Assembly: GCA_964016885.1 (NCBI GenBank)
Contig: OZ024752.1
Span: 36,270,001 to 36,334,000 of the forward strand
DNA: 64,000 nucleotides
Source of the DNA: Eledone cirrhosa
Lineage: Eukaryota
Direction of reading: 5' to 3'
The notes beneath the pieces are model-generated. The model did not search any database. It was not told where the DNA came from and saw only the letters and a list, made by a program, of their open reading frames with translations. Shown one piece after another: positions 1 through 44,892 of the stretch. The number at the start of each line of letters is the position of its first letter. Within the stretch, counting starts at the first letter, position 1. The translations under genes and the position numbers were made by a program.

Positions 1-571
1 TTTCTTATAACTTAGAAGAGGAGACAGCACCCATTGTCTTTTGTTTATTTTTTTTCAGGGCATCCAAGACTGGTGGGAGGGAAGACAGCACCCATGGTCT
101 TTTTATTTTTTTTCAGGGCATCCAAGACTGGGAAGAATGTATCCTCAAACTGGAAACCTGGCCTAATTGCTTGCAACAGAGTGGGTTCTGCCTGTTAAAA
201 GCATCCATGGGCCAGGTGTTAGTATTAAACCGGGTGACAGATTAGGTCTACCACCCAAGTAGGTCATGGCAAGACGGAATTTGAATTCAGAATGCAAAGA
301 GCTGGAACAAATACTGTAAGGCATTCCGTTCAACACTCTTTAACAATTCCGCCAGTCCACCGTCCTAGACTGGTACTTTATTTCATCGACCTCGGAGAAG
401 GATGAAAGGCAAAGCTGACCTCAGTAGGATATGAAGTCAGAATGCAAGATACTGGAATAAATACCGCAAGGCATTTTGTCCAACTCTAACGATTCTGCCA
501 ATCTGCCACCTAAATAATAATAATAATAATAAAAAAAGAGGAATAAATACAGTTCAACTAACAGATCAAAC

Positions 572-31922
<31,351 letters not shown>

Positions 31923-32170
31923 TTTGGGGCTAAAAAGCGGAATCTTGACGACAGAATTAGTTTTGGGGGATGGGGGTACGTCAAATATTTCCAATAAGAG
32001 ACGACAAAATTCGCACTCCACCTCAAACCACCTCCGCCACTAAGTGCAGTAATACTCGGGCAAGTCCGATCATAAAAATGGCGTCTACAGCCACACCACA
32101 ACGAGGCTTTGGCTTCAGCAGAAGCGTGACGTATGTGTTATATCTAAACAGCAGCAGCAGCAGATTATAG
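31923..32170. promoter_or_regulatory. Probable RSK 5' UTR / promoter; locally GC- and CpG-rich with a YY1-type motif and a CRE-like half site
   Basis: Unique CpG-containing stretch just upstream of the ATG. AAAATGGCG at about 32075-32083 and GTGACGT at about 32126-32132. Bounded by a (TA)n block. Confidence 0.55.
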
Positions 32171-32219
32171 TGGTATTTCAGATAGTAGTTGAATTGTACT
32201 TGTATATATATATAAATAT

Positions 32220-32253
<34 letters not shown>

Positions 32254-32379
32254 ATATAAACAAATATATCTATATAAAGAGAGAGTGAGGTAACATTTGT
32301 ATACATCTTTCTCTCTATTTATATATATGTATGTGTATGTTTATATACATATCTATATATGTATATAATGCATATATAA

Positions 32380-32433
<54 letters not shown>

Positions 32434-33235
32434 ATATATAAACAAATATATATATATATAGAGAGAGAGTGAGGTAACATTTGTATACATCTTTCTCTCT
32501 ATTTATATATATGTATGTGTATGTTTATATACATATCTATATATGTATATAATGCATATATATATAATATATATAAAAATGTATATAATACATATAGATA
32601 TATATTATTATTATAAAATTTTATATATAATATAATATATATATGTGTGTGTGTGTGGGTGTATATATATATGTGTGTGTGTGTGTGTATGTATGTATAT
32701 ATGTATATGTGAGTGTGTGTGTATGTATAAAGATATGTTTTATCATTGTTGAGCTGCAGTATTAACCAACCAAAAGTGTTTACAAATTCCATTCTTGTCT
32801 CTTATCTCTCCCAGTTGAGATCCAAAATAGTACATATGGGTTTTAATCTATAATTTATTGCAAAAAGAAACAAAACCCCGCAAAAAAACACACACACACA
32901 CAAAACAAACCAGTCCAGTTTGTTGCCAATATTTTTCATTATTGTAATTCTAAATATGATCTAGTTCTAAATGTGGGTATGTTTGTTTATTTTCGAAAAT
33001 GGGGGCATTTTAGTTAACCAATACCACCCATTCAACTAGAGAATTGCCCAAAATATAACAAGTTTATTTTCTCTTTTAGAGTGAAATTACAAATCTATAT
33101 TTAAATCTAGATGTTCTCTGATGGTATGATTCATAAAATATTGACTTCTGATTGAACATTGTTTTAAGGGGTGGGTATGTTTATAGTTAAAAGACTGACA
33201 GGAACTTTTTCTATTTCTAAACAATGAACTCAACT

Positions 33236-33287
33236 GATATATATATGTGTGTGTGTGTGTCTGTATGTATGTATATATATATATAAA

Positions 33288-33347
<60 letters not shown>

Positions 33348-33792
33348 TATATATATATATATATGTTTATATATATATATATATGTTTATATATATATAT
33401 GTTTATATATATATATATATGTTTATATATATATATATATGTTTATATATATATATATATGTTTATATATATATATATATATATGTTTATATATATATAT
33501 ATGTTTATATATATATATATATATATAAACATATATATATATATATATGTTTATATATATATATATGATTATATATATATATATATGTTTATATATATAT
33601 ATATATATGTTTATATATATATATATATATATATATGTTTATATATATATATATATGTTTATATATATATATATATATATGTTTATATATATATATATAT
33701 GTTTATATATATAAAAAATATGTTTATATATATAAAAAATATGTTTATATATATATATATGTTTATATATATATATATATATATACATATAT
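33236..33792. repeat. Interrupted (TA)n microsatellite
   Basis: (AT)n runs punctuated by GTTT. Confidence 0.96.
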
Positions 33793-33944
33793 GTACCCAT
33801 GTTAGCATGGAAGAACGGACGTAAAACGGTGATTATGATGATGATGATATGTGTGTGTTTGTGTATTAAGATATAGAAAAAGTAGTATCTTAGGTCAACT
33901 AGTAGGTGATCTACATAAAACAATAGGTCAAATATAGTTTAGAT

Positions 33945-34440
33945 CTATATTGTGGTGAGGGTGTTGGACTTACAATCATAATGTTGTTGGTTTGATTCCA
34001 GGGTTGGGTTGTGTGTTGTGTTCTTCAGCAAAACACTTCATTTCACATTGCTCCAGTATACTCCAGTATATCCGCTCTCTTGCTCTGGAACCCTGACTCC
34101 AGCCTGACTAGGAGTAGGAAGCTGTCATTCCCTAACGTTATCTCTAGGGATACGGGAATCGGTAGACAGGACCTGGGGGCATCGATGGGGGACAGGGAAT
34201 TCTGGGGGCATGAGGGTGAGATCCATCATCTCGACAGTAGTCGACGAATGATGATGATGATGATGATGATGAGTATACTCAGCTGAAAACGACTACCAGC
34301 AATATCTGGGGTTTTAACCTTGCGATGGACTGGAATCTTATATACGGCGAAGTCTTGTACTCTTAGTGACTTTACACTACAGAAACTGGGAATAAGCACT
34401 GACCTGATGAGCCTCCGAGCTCGAGACAGACTTTAGACTG
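33945..34440 (+). mobile_element. CORE-type SINE interrupted by an RTE 3' fragment (34064-34271, TSD AGTATACTC)
   Basis: SINE head and core resume after the insert. The insert translates as LSFPNVISRDTG...MGDREFW and ends in (GAT)n. A related SINE lies at about 27690-27960 (-). Confidence 0.75.
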
Positions 34441-35112
34441 GGGGGGGGGGGGAGATGAAAGGCAAAGTTGACCTGGGCAGGATTTGAACTCAGAATATAA
34501 AGGACCAGAACAAATATACTGCAATAACCTTTTATTCAATGTTCAACCAATTCAGCCAACCCACTTCTCTAAAAGACACAATAATTGTTTCTACTTTTGT
34601 CATAAGGCCAGTAATTACCCCCAGTGCATTACTGGTACTTTATTTTATCGACCCCCCCCCCCCCCATAAGGATGAAAGGCAAAGTTAACCTCAGTGGGAT
34701 TTGAACTCAGACTGTAAAGGGCCGTAACTCTATGCTGCAAAGCATGGCGCCTGACGCTCTACCAATACTGCCAATCCACCGCCCTATAAAAGACACTATA
34801 ATTGAAATCAGTTCCATAATATAGATACAAACGTTGAACAATACAAATATGGGTGATAAACCTATCTTGAGTCTAATAATTCTTTCTAATATTGGTAGAA
34901 GGCCTAAATAAAGTACCAGTAATGCACTGGGTAATTGCTGGCCTTGTGCCTAAAGTAGAAACAATATTGGTAGAATAGAAGGCCTGTAATTTGAGGGAAA
35001 GGTAAATTTGATTATATTGATCCTAGTGTGTTACTGGTACTATATTTTACTGACAGCAGAAGAATGAAAGGTAAAGATAATCCCGGCAGGATTTCAACTC
35101 AGAAGGTAACTA

Positions 35113-36193
35113 CCATATTTCCCGGTGCCGAAGACGCTTTGTCCTGGAGGACGCACCCTAATTTTGACAACCAAAAATTTGAAAAAAAATAATAAACAAC
35201 CTTCGGCCTCCAAGACGCATGATAGATTTTTGAGATTTAATTCAGGAAAAAACCAAAAATTTGAAAAAAAAATAATAAACAACCTTCGGCCTCCAAGACG
35301 CATGATAGATTTTTGAGATTTAATTCAGGAAAAAACCAAAAATTTGAAAAAAAAATAATAAACAACCTTCGGCCTCCAAGACGCATGATAGATTTTTGAG
35401 ATTTAATTCAGGAAAAAACCAAAAATTTGAAAAAAAAATAATAAACAACCTTCGGCCTCCAAGACGCATGATAGATTTTTGAGATTTAATTCAGGAAAAA
35501 ACCAAAAATTTGAAAAAAAAATAATAAACAACCTTCGGCCTCCAAGACGCATGATAGATTTTTGAGATTTAATTCAGGAAAAAACCAAAAATTTGAAAAA
35601 AAAATAATAAACAACCTTCGGCCTCCAAGACGCATGATAGATTTTTGAGATTTAATTCAGGAAAAAACCAAAAATTTGAAAAAAAAATAATAAACAACCT
35701 TCGGCCTCCAAGACGCATGATAGATTTTTGAGATTTAATTCAGGAAAAAACCAAAAATTTGAAAAAAAAATAATAAACAACCTTCGGCCTCCAAGACGCA
35801 TGATAGATTTTTGAGATTTAATTCAGGAAAAAACCAAAAATTTGAAAAAAAAATAATAAACAACCTTCGGCCTCCAAGACGCATGATAGATTTTTGAGAT
35901 TTAATTCAGGAAAAAACCAAAAATTTGAAAAAAAAATAATAAACAACCTTCGGCCTCCAAGACGCATGATAGATTTTTGAGATTTAATTCAGGAAAAAAC
36001 CAAAAATTTGAAAAAAAAATAATAAACAACCTTCGGCCTCCAAGACGCATGATAGATTTTTGAGATTTAATTCAGGAAAAAACCAAAAATTTGAAAAAAA
36101 AATAATAAACAACCTTCGGCCTCCAAGACGCATGATAGATTTTTGAGATTTAATTCAGGAAAAAAGTAGCGTCTTTGACACCAAGAAATACAG
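35113..36193. mobile_element. Tc1/mariner-type MITE containing 12 copies of an 83-bp tandem repeat
   Basis: TA|CCATATTTCCCGGTGCCGAAGACGC ... GCGTCTTTGACACCAAGAAATACAG|TA. CCTTCGGCC recurs every 83 bp from 35200 to about 36113. Confidence 0.8.
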
Positions 36194-36929
36194 TAAATAT
36201 TGGGTTCTGATTTAGGCACAAAGCCAACAATTTTGCGGGAGAGGAAAGTTGATTAGATCAAACTCAGTGTGTTACTGGTACTTTGTTTCATTGACCCTCT
36301 AAGGTTTGAAATCAAAACATATTATAAAAGACCATAACTCTATGCCACAAATCATGTCATCATCATCATTCGTTGACTACTGTCGAGATCATGGATCTCA
36401 CTCTCATGCCCCAGAATTCCCTGTCCCCCATCGCTGCCCCCAGGTCCCGTCTACTGATTCCCGTATGTCTGATGCTCTACCAACTACTGCCAATCCACCA
36501 CCTTTATATGTGACTTTATAATTTTGATTTCTAATTTAGGCACAAGTTCGGCAAATTTGCAGGAAACCAACCTCAGTGAATAACTGGTACTTTATTTTAT
36601 CAACCCTGGAAAGATGAAAGACAAAGTTGACCTTGGAAAAAAATTTGAACTTAAAAAGTATAGAATGTGGTAACTAAATACCCTACCTCCTGTCTCCCCA
36701 CCCCCTTCCTACCCCCGTATGCACCATGTATTTGTTTGTTTATACCCACTGAATCCTTCCTGTATTGTAAACTGCATCTGATTCCTTCTTCAATTCATCT
36801 GTACTTCGTCAACATTCTTTAATTCTTGATAAAATATAACTTACACTAAATATGTCAATTGAATCTGCAATGGTTTTGCTCAAGTAAGTAAACTACTGCT
36901 TTTATGATGGCGGTGGCTGCTGGATAGAG

Positions 36930-37500
36930 TATCTATCTATCTCTCTGTCTCTCTATCTATCTATCTCTCTGTCTCTCCCCCTTTCTCACTCACTCTCTCT
37001 CTTTTCCCTATCTCTCCCCCTCTCCCCCTCTCTCTCTTCCTCTTTCTTTTCCATTTCTCGCTCCCTCTCTCTTTTTCTTCCCCTCTCTTCCCCTTTTTTC
37101 TCTCTCTCTCTCTCCGTTTTTCTTCTTCTTGCTCTCTCTCTCTCTCTCTCTCTCTCCTCCCTCCCACCCCCTCTCTCCATCTCCCTCTTTGCCTTCCCTC
37201 TTTTGCTCTCTTTCTCTCTCTATCTTTCTATGCCCCTCTCTCTTGCTCTCTCCCCTCCTCTCTTTTCTCTCTCCTCGTTCTCTCTCTTTTTCCCATCTCC
37301 CCACCTTTATCTCACCCTCTTTCTCTCCTCTCTCACACTCTCTTTCTCTCTCCATCTTTCTCTCTCCCCTCCTCTCTTTTCTCTCTCCTCGTTCTCTCTT
37401 TTTCTCCCATCTCCCCACCTTTATCTCACCCTCTTTCTCTCCTTTCTCACACTCTCTTTCTCCCTCCATCTTTCTATCTCCCCCCCCCCCCCGTTCTCTG
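36930..37500. repeat. CT-rich polypyrimidine low-complexity tract
   Basis: Almost purine-free on the + strand, with an internal ~112-bp duplication. Confidence 0.9.
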
Positions 37501-38323
37501 CCTACATCTCTTTACTTAACCTTACCCACTTTCACCTGCTTCTCCCTTGACCAACAATTACTGACTATTATTCCAATACAATCTAGTTTTCTTAATTTAA
37601 TGTGTTAAATTTTGGTAAAACGTTCCAAAAAAAAACCAATTATCTATTCTATATTGACACCAAAAGACATGAGTAAAAAATTTCATCCTGATTTCGATAT
37701 CATCATCATCATCTTCGTTTAACGTCCATCTTCCATGCTAGCATGGGTTAGACGGGAGTTGCCCCACTTGAGGCAAGGTTAGTCGGGTGACCGTGTCTCG
37801 CTCGTATAGGATTATCTGGCAGGTTTGCAGGTTTTCTATGGCTGGATGCCCTTCCTAACACCAACCACATTTACAGTGTGGGTCTGGGAACTTTTTACCA
37901 TGTTACCTATACGGCCACATTACAGCGTGGACTGCGTGTGTTTTTTTTTGTCGTGGCACCCACACGATCTCGATCTCAATCTCATTATCTCAGTAGTTTG
38001 GACTGGATGTTGTGGTACCAACTTTACAGAGAGAGGGTGGTTTTGGTGGGAGTGGGAGGATAGGGTAGGGGTAGTGGATTGGGGTGTATATTTGGTTAAG
38101 AGGTGCCTACTGACTGTAGGTTTCGCTTTGTAGGTTTCGATATGTATAAAGTTAATTAGCAGTGGCATTACAACATCTGATAGAATGACTCGGAGGTATT
38201 TTTTCTCTCTGGCATTCTGAGCTCAAATATTTCCAAAGTCAACTTTTACTTTCATCTTTTGGGGATTTATAAATAAAGAACCAGCCTAGAACAGTAGATT
38301 GGCAGAGTTTATAACTTGTTTAA

Positions 38324-38768
38324 CCCATTAGCATTTAAACCAGCTATATCTGGCCAGAATTCTCTCACCTCCCTCTGTTCAAACTGGCTGTACATGGCCA
38401 CTCATACTTATCTTAAGGTATTCTTCTCAAAATAAATATCATCAAAATCTCATAGATTGATATTATGTGAGATAATTATGTGAAATAAAGTGTTTACCAT
38501 GAAAATACAATAGTATATATAGAGTAATGTAAATGCTAAAGGGTTAACCCAATGGCATTTAAACCGGCTATATCCGGCCAGAATTCTCTCACCTCTTTCT
38601 GTTCAAACCGGCTGTAACAGGCCACTCATACTGATGTTGAAATATTGTTCTCAAAATAAATAATATCAAAATCGCATAGCTTCAATATTATGTGAGATAA
38701 TTATGTGAGGTAAAGGCTCTACAATGAAAATACAAGAGTAAATATAGAGTAATGCAAATGCTAAAGGG
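38324..38768. mobile_element. Two tandem ~220-bp piggyBac-type MITEs sharing a TTAA
   Basis: TTAA|CCCATTAGCATTTA...TAAATGCTAAAGGG|TTAA|CCCAATGGCATTTA...AAATGCTAAAGGG. Further copies at 14888-15304, about 19368-19580 and about 10875-11005. Confidence 0.82.
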
Positions 38769-38957
38769 CTAAATACATAACGGTCTGAAACAACCCTTGG
38801 TGCTATGGCTTAAGATATTTATGTTAAAGTGTTTATATCTATCTAAAACCCTCCCATCATAATTCTATGTAATAACTTTTGTTAAGTTATGTTCCAAACA
38901 CTAGCTTGATAATTAGAAAATTGTATTATTAAATCTCTCCAAATTCTGAATTATTTT

Positions 38958-39305
38958 CACATCATCATCATCATCATCATCATTTTACGTCCGCTTTTCC
39001 CTGCTTGCAAGGGTGGGACGGGAACTGATTCTGGCTTGATTTCTACAGCTGGATGCCCTTCCTAACACCAACCTCATTTACAGTGAGTGCTGGGTGTTTT
39101 TTTTGACGTGGCACCTCCACGACCACTTTGCAGTGGAATGATATGGACCCCAGTCCCTATCATCTCATTTCTACAGCTGAGTAAACTGGAGCAATGTGAA
39201 ATAAAGTGTCTTGCTCAAGGAAACAACACATCACCCGGTCTGAGAATTGAACTCACAACCTTTCGATTGCAAGGCCAATGCTCTAACCACTAAGCCATGT
39301 GCCTC
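38958..39305 (-). mobile_element. SINE family B copy
   Basis: Near-identical reverse complement of 11345-11718. Confidence 0.88.
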
Positions 39306-40035
39306 CAGAATTATTTAAAAATATTAAGAGGTGTTTTCCATTAGAAGTTTGTTAATTGGAATACACTCTGTAAAGAGGTAGTGCTGGTGCCATGATAAAA
39401 TGCCCCCCACTACATTCTCTAAAGTGGTAGTGCTGATACCACCATAAAATGATAAATGCACCCACTACACTCTGTAAACTGGTAGTGCTCGTGCCATAAT
39501 AAAACACACCTTGTCTATTCCGCAGAGTCCTTGGTATTAAAAAGGGCATCCAGTCATAGAAACCCTGTCGAAATATGGTCTTCATGAACAAGATATGGTT
39601 TCACAAACTGTCTATTCTCAGACCGCGATCATCCATCCAGCTCATACAAGTATATGGAGAGTAGACATTAAACGATGATGGTGAAGATGATGATGATGAT
39701 GATGATGATGATAATGGTGGTGGTGGTGTTGGGGGTGGGGGTGATAATGATGATAATTGTTTCTACTTTTGCCACAAGGCCAGCGATTACCGACCCCCCC
39801 CCCCCCAGTGGCATTAATGATACTTTATTTTATCGACCCCTGTAAGGATGAAATGAAAGGCAAAGTTAACCTCGGCGGGATTTGAACTCAGAACGCAAGG
39901 GGCCATAACTCTACGCTGCAAAGCACGGTGTCCCGATGGTCTACCGATACTGATAATGATGACAATGATGATGATGATAACGATGACAGCCACAAGACCA
40001 GACATTTTGAAGGAGAGATAGATACCTGCTTCTGT

Positions 40036-41100
40036 ATAATAATAATAATAATAATAATGAAATATTGTGTACAGTGCTCAGGTGCACTACAACTCATCAA
40101 AAAGTGTATGTATAGTACATAGGGTAATGTACAAACATCAGGAAAATGAACAGTGCATGAGTCATGATACACACATGTGTGCATGTGTATGGAAGGGGTA
40201 CATCAGGTGTAGTTTTGGCGTATTTCGGGAAGCATGAGTGTCTTAAAGGATGCAGTGTCTCGACAGCTAACAACTGATGCAGGCAGTTTGTTCCATGAGT
40301 GTCTTAAAGGATGCAGTGTCTCGACAGCTAACAACTGATGCAGGCAGTTTGTTCCATGAGTGTCTTAAAGGATGCAGTGTCTCGACAGCTAACAACTGAT
40401 GCAGGCAGTTTGTTCCATGAGTGTCTTAAAGGATGCAGTGTCTCGACAGCTAACAACTGACGCAGGCAGTTTGTTCCATGCTTCAGCAACTCTGAGCGTG
40501 AAAAAATGTCTACGAAAGTCATGGGAGCTGTGGTGTTTTCTGATTTTCTAGGCATGTCCACGTGTGTTAGACACATGGAGATCAAAAAGGTACTCAGGGT
40601 TGTTGTTGGCAAGATAAATAATAATAATAATAATAATGAAATTATTGTGTAAAGTGCTCAGGTGCACTACAACTCGTCAATATAGTACATAGAATAATAC
40701 ACAAATGTCAGGGAAGTACATGTGTGTATGTGTTAGCTGTAGTGTTGGCGGATCTCGGGAAGCATGGAGGCCTTAAAGGATGCAGTGTCTCGACAGCTAA
40801 CAACTGACGCAGGCAGTTTGTTTCATGAGTGTCTTAAAGGGTGCAGTGTCTCGACAGCTAACAACTGACGCAGGCAGTTTGTTCCATGAGTGTCTTAAAG
40901 GATGCAGTGTCTCGACAGCTAACAACTGATGCAGGTAGTTTGTTCCATGCTTCAGCAACTCTGAGCGTGAAAAAATGTTTCCGAAAGTCATGGGAACTGT
41001 GCTGTTTTCTTACTTTGTGGGCATGTCCACGTGTGTTAGACACATGGAGATCAAAAAGGTGCTCAGGGTTGCAATTGGCGAGATGGTTAATAACTTTGTG
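40036..41100 (-). mobile_element. Two adjacent CR1/L2-type LINE 3' fragments, each with an internal 61-bp tandem duplication
   Basis: NTRGHAHKVRKQHS..DFRKHFFTLRVAEAWNKLPASVVSC..TASFK; (TAT)n tails at about 40036 and 40617; 4 and 3 copies of the 61-bp unit. Confidence 0.82.
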
Positions 41101-41387
41101 GGTAATAATCTACAGAAACAAGTAAGTATTCATCAGCCAGTCAACATCAGAAGCTCTTGATAAACAATAAATAAATATGTATGAATACTTTATTAATTCA
41201 AGTATAATAATGATTTCTTTATTTAATTCAAGTATAATAATAAAAATAATAAGTATGTATATTTATGTTTCAAGTGAATTAATCCAGTTGTTTACATTGT
41301 TTTTAAACCACACCTACATCCTCAACTAAATAATTGGAAATGATTCTCTTGTAAAATACCAGACCTATCCTCTTTTAAACAATGAAG

Positions 41388-41400
41388 GGGTGTATGTATT

Positions 41401-41460
<60 letters not shown>

Positions 41461-41480
41461 TATGTGTGGTATGTATGTAT

Positions 41481-41515
<35 letters not shown>

Positions 41516-41562
41516 CACCATCATCATCATCATTGTTTGATGTCTATCTTCCACGCTAGCAT

Positions 41563-41599
<37 letters not shown>

Positions 41600-41634
41600 T
41601 GTGTGTGGTATGTGTATGTATTGTATGTATTGGT

Positions 41635-41682
<48 letters not shown>

Positions 41683-41796
41683 CTGTATGTTTTGAGTGTA
41701 TATATATATATATATATATAAATGAAAGGTATAGAAAATATTGCAGCAAAAAGCCAATATATATATATATGTCTGTGTGTTTTGTGTGTATGTATT

Positions 41797-41839
<43 letters not shown>

Positions 41840-42575
41840 GTGTGTGTGTGCATGTGTGTATGTTTGTGTGGTGTGTGTATACATTTGTAAGTATATGTGG
41901 GTGGTGTGTGTGGTGTGTAAGCATATGAAGTGTGGTTATATTTCTCCATATATTCATGTTTATGTATGCGAGAGTTTCTATGATGTGTCTATGTGTGTGT
42001 GTGTGTGTGTATATATTTTTCCATATATTTATGTGTATGTAACTATTTATGTATGTGTCTGTGTCTGTGTGTATATGTAAGTATGTATATGTATATGTAA
42101 GCATGATGTATGTGTATGTAAGTATTTATGTAAGTGTATGTATTTATGTTTTTCCATATATTTATGCGTATGTATGTGTATGTTAACATGAATGTATGTG
42201 TGTGTATGCACTTGTAATTACATGTGTACGTATGTGTGTGTGTGTATGTATTGGCAAATATATGTGTATGTATGATGTAAGTATGTAAGTATTTATGTAA
42301 GTGTATGTATTTATATTTTTCCATATATTTATGTGTATGTATGTGTAAGTATGTAAGTATTTATGTAAGTGTATGCATTTATATTTTTCCATATATTTCT
42401 GTGTATGTATGTGTAAGTATGTATGTATGTGCACGTGTATACATTTGTAAGAACATGTGTATGTATGTATATGTAAGTATGATATAAGTATGTAAGTTTA
42501 TTTATATTTTTCCATATATTTATGTGTATATATGTATGTGTATGCATGTATGTGTATGTAAGTATGTATGTATGG
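41388..42575. repeat. (TA)n/(TG)n compound microsatellite region
   Basis: Low-complexity purine-pyrimidine alternation. Confidence 0.92.
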
Positions 42576-42724
42576 GAAAGTTAGTACATAAATATGTATT
42601 TGAAATAAAGGAAAAACATTTTTTAAAAACTGTCCCTCTTCTTTCTAATTGTCAGTTCGTGAGCAACTATTTCATATAATGAGTTGACAGTTCTGGTAAA
42701 TACACAAGATACATAGTAATTTAG

Positions 42725-43235
42725 ATGGTATGACAGGCCTTGACTATTGGGATCGACTAGAAAAACTCAAAGTCTACTCTCTTCAACGGCACCAGATGTG
42801 TTACATCATTTGGGGCAGTGGAAGCATTTCTGAACTGGGGTTGGCAGGGCAAATTTAGTCAATTTTGTTGTAGTGATTAGTTTAGCTGTTATGATCAAAT
42901 ATAAACCAAGAAATAAAAAGATAACATGTAACATACATTGCAGCTCATGTACAAATAAATGTATATTTTGGTAGTTTGGGGAGGAAAATAGAATTATTAT
43001 GGGGGGTGGGGGCATGCCTCCCTCCTTGTACAACCGCCCCTGATCATCTGTATGATGTGGAAAATATTCCATCAATATTACCCAAATGATGTTGCATCAA
43101 CTTTAAAATCCACCCAAAGCTTGGTCCCTGTGCTATCTGCCCACTACAAAAATCAAACTTTCATCTCATAGCAATTATACGTCACAGCTACTTCACTTCA
43201 ACTGGTCCTGTTCTTTTTAATATTATACCTAAAAC
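42725..43235 (+). mobile_element. CR1/L2-like LINE fragment interrupted by a ~240-bp insertion (about 42808-43052)
   Basis: MTGLDYWDRLEKLKVYSLQR before the insertion and FTSTGPVLFNIIPK after it. Confidence 0.6.
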
Positions 43236-44058
43236 CCATCACCCGTTCCAGGAATCAAACTCACAACCTGTCGATTGTGCATCCAATTTTCTAACCACTA
43301 AGCCACGCTTCTTCATTATATAACTATAACTCATACTTAAATCATGTGTATAAGGCAGAAACTGTTCTGTATGAGCAAGACACGGTCACCTGACCTGACT
43401 TGTCTCAAATGGGACAACTCATCGAACCCATGCTAGTGTGGAAAAATGGACATTAAACGATGATGATGATGATGATGATGATGATGATATATCTAAACTA
43501 TTATTACAATACTTCACCCTTTACGATAATAATAATAATAATAATAATAATTGTTTCTACTTTAGGCATAAGGCCAGCAATTACCCAGCGCATTACTGGT
43601 ACTTTATTTTATCGACCCTGTAAGGATGAAAGGCAAAGTCAACAATAATAATGAAATTATTGTGAACAGTGCTCAGGTGCACTACAACTCATCAAAGGTG
43701 CATGCATAGTACATATTTTGCTATTAGATTTATGATACATATCTGTTTGTTTGATAATTTTTATATTTGACTAAAGGTGGTGAATTGGCAGAGTTGTTAG
43801 AATGTCCGATAAAATGCTTTACTGTATTCGTTCTGGCTCTCTGCTCTTTAAGTTGGTTGTTTTGGTGCCACAATAAAAGTATCCAGTCCATACTGTAAAT
43901 GTGTTTGGCATTAGGAAGGGCATCCAGCCATAGGAACCAAACCAGAAACAGTTCTGTATGAGCAAGATACAGTCACCCCTATCCGACATGTCTCACAACA
44001 GCAGGACAACTTGTCTAACCCGTGCTAGCAGGGAAATAGACATATTAGATGCTGATGT

Positions 44059-44095
<37 letters not shown>

Positions 44096-44815
44096 ACACA
44101 TTGTAAAATAAACAGTTTTGTATCATAGAACCAGGGGCTGTTTCAGGTGGTTTGGAACATAGCTTAACAAAGTTTCTTACATAAAATTATGAGGGAAGGT
44201 TTTTAGATAAATATAACATCATCATCATCGTTTAACGTCCATCTTCCATGCTAGCATGGGCAGGACGGGTTGACCCTTAGGGAAAGAATGAGGTCAGTGG
44301 TCCATGTTTAGCTCACCCGGGGTAGATTTTGGGCTTGGTTTCTACAGCTGGATGCCCTTCCTAACGCCAGCCACATCTACAGTGTGTGCTAGGTGCTTTT
44401 CGACGTGTTTACCTACATGACCACTTTACAGTGTGGACTGGGCACTTTTGTCTTGGAACTAGGGAACAGGAAGGAACTTGGGGAAATTGTGGACGTAGGT
44501 AATAGGGGAGAGATGGTTACCGCGAAGGGAGATGTATGGGGGAAGGTTTTGCCTACTAGGTGTATGCCTAGTAGGCAACAATTTTGAATCATAGAACCAG
44601 AGGCTGATTCAGGTGGTTTGGTGTCAATAGGATAAATTCCATTTCTAATCCAGTGTCACAGAAACCCTGTCTGTAATTAAATCCATTACAGTTTTATTGT
44701 TTGTCTGACAAAAATCAAGATGAAATAACTTATTTGTCTTTCTCTCTCTCCATGCAATAATATATTATATGATAGATGCCTGGTATTGTGTCATTAAAAG
44801 ATCCCCCCCCCCCCA

Positions 44816-44824
44816 TGTTGTTGA

Positions 44825-44892
<68 letters not shown>

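Noticed and set aside
33247-33923. YI-repeat ORFs (also 41390-42547 and 57312-58909)
   Set aside because: (TA)n microsatellite translations.
34398-34432. CTGATGA...GAGAC in a SINE tail (also 27695-27728 on -)
   Set aside because: GAGA instead of GAAA and no stem I or III pairing, so not called as a hammerhead.
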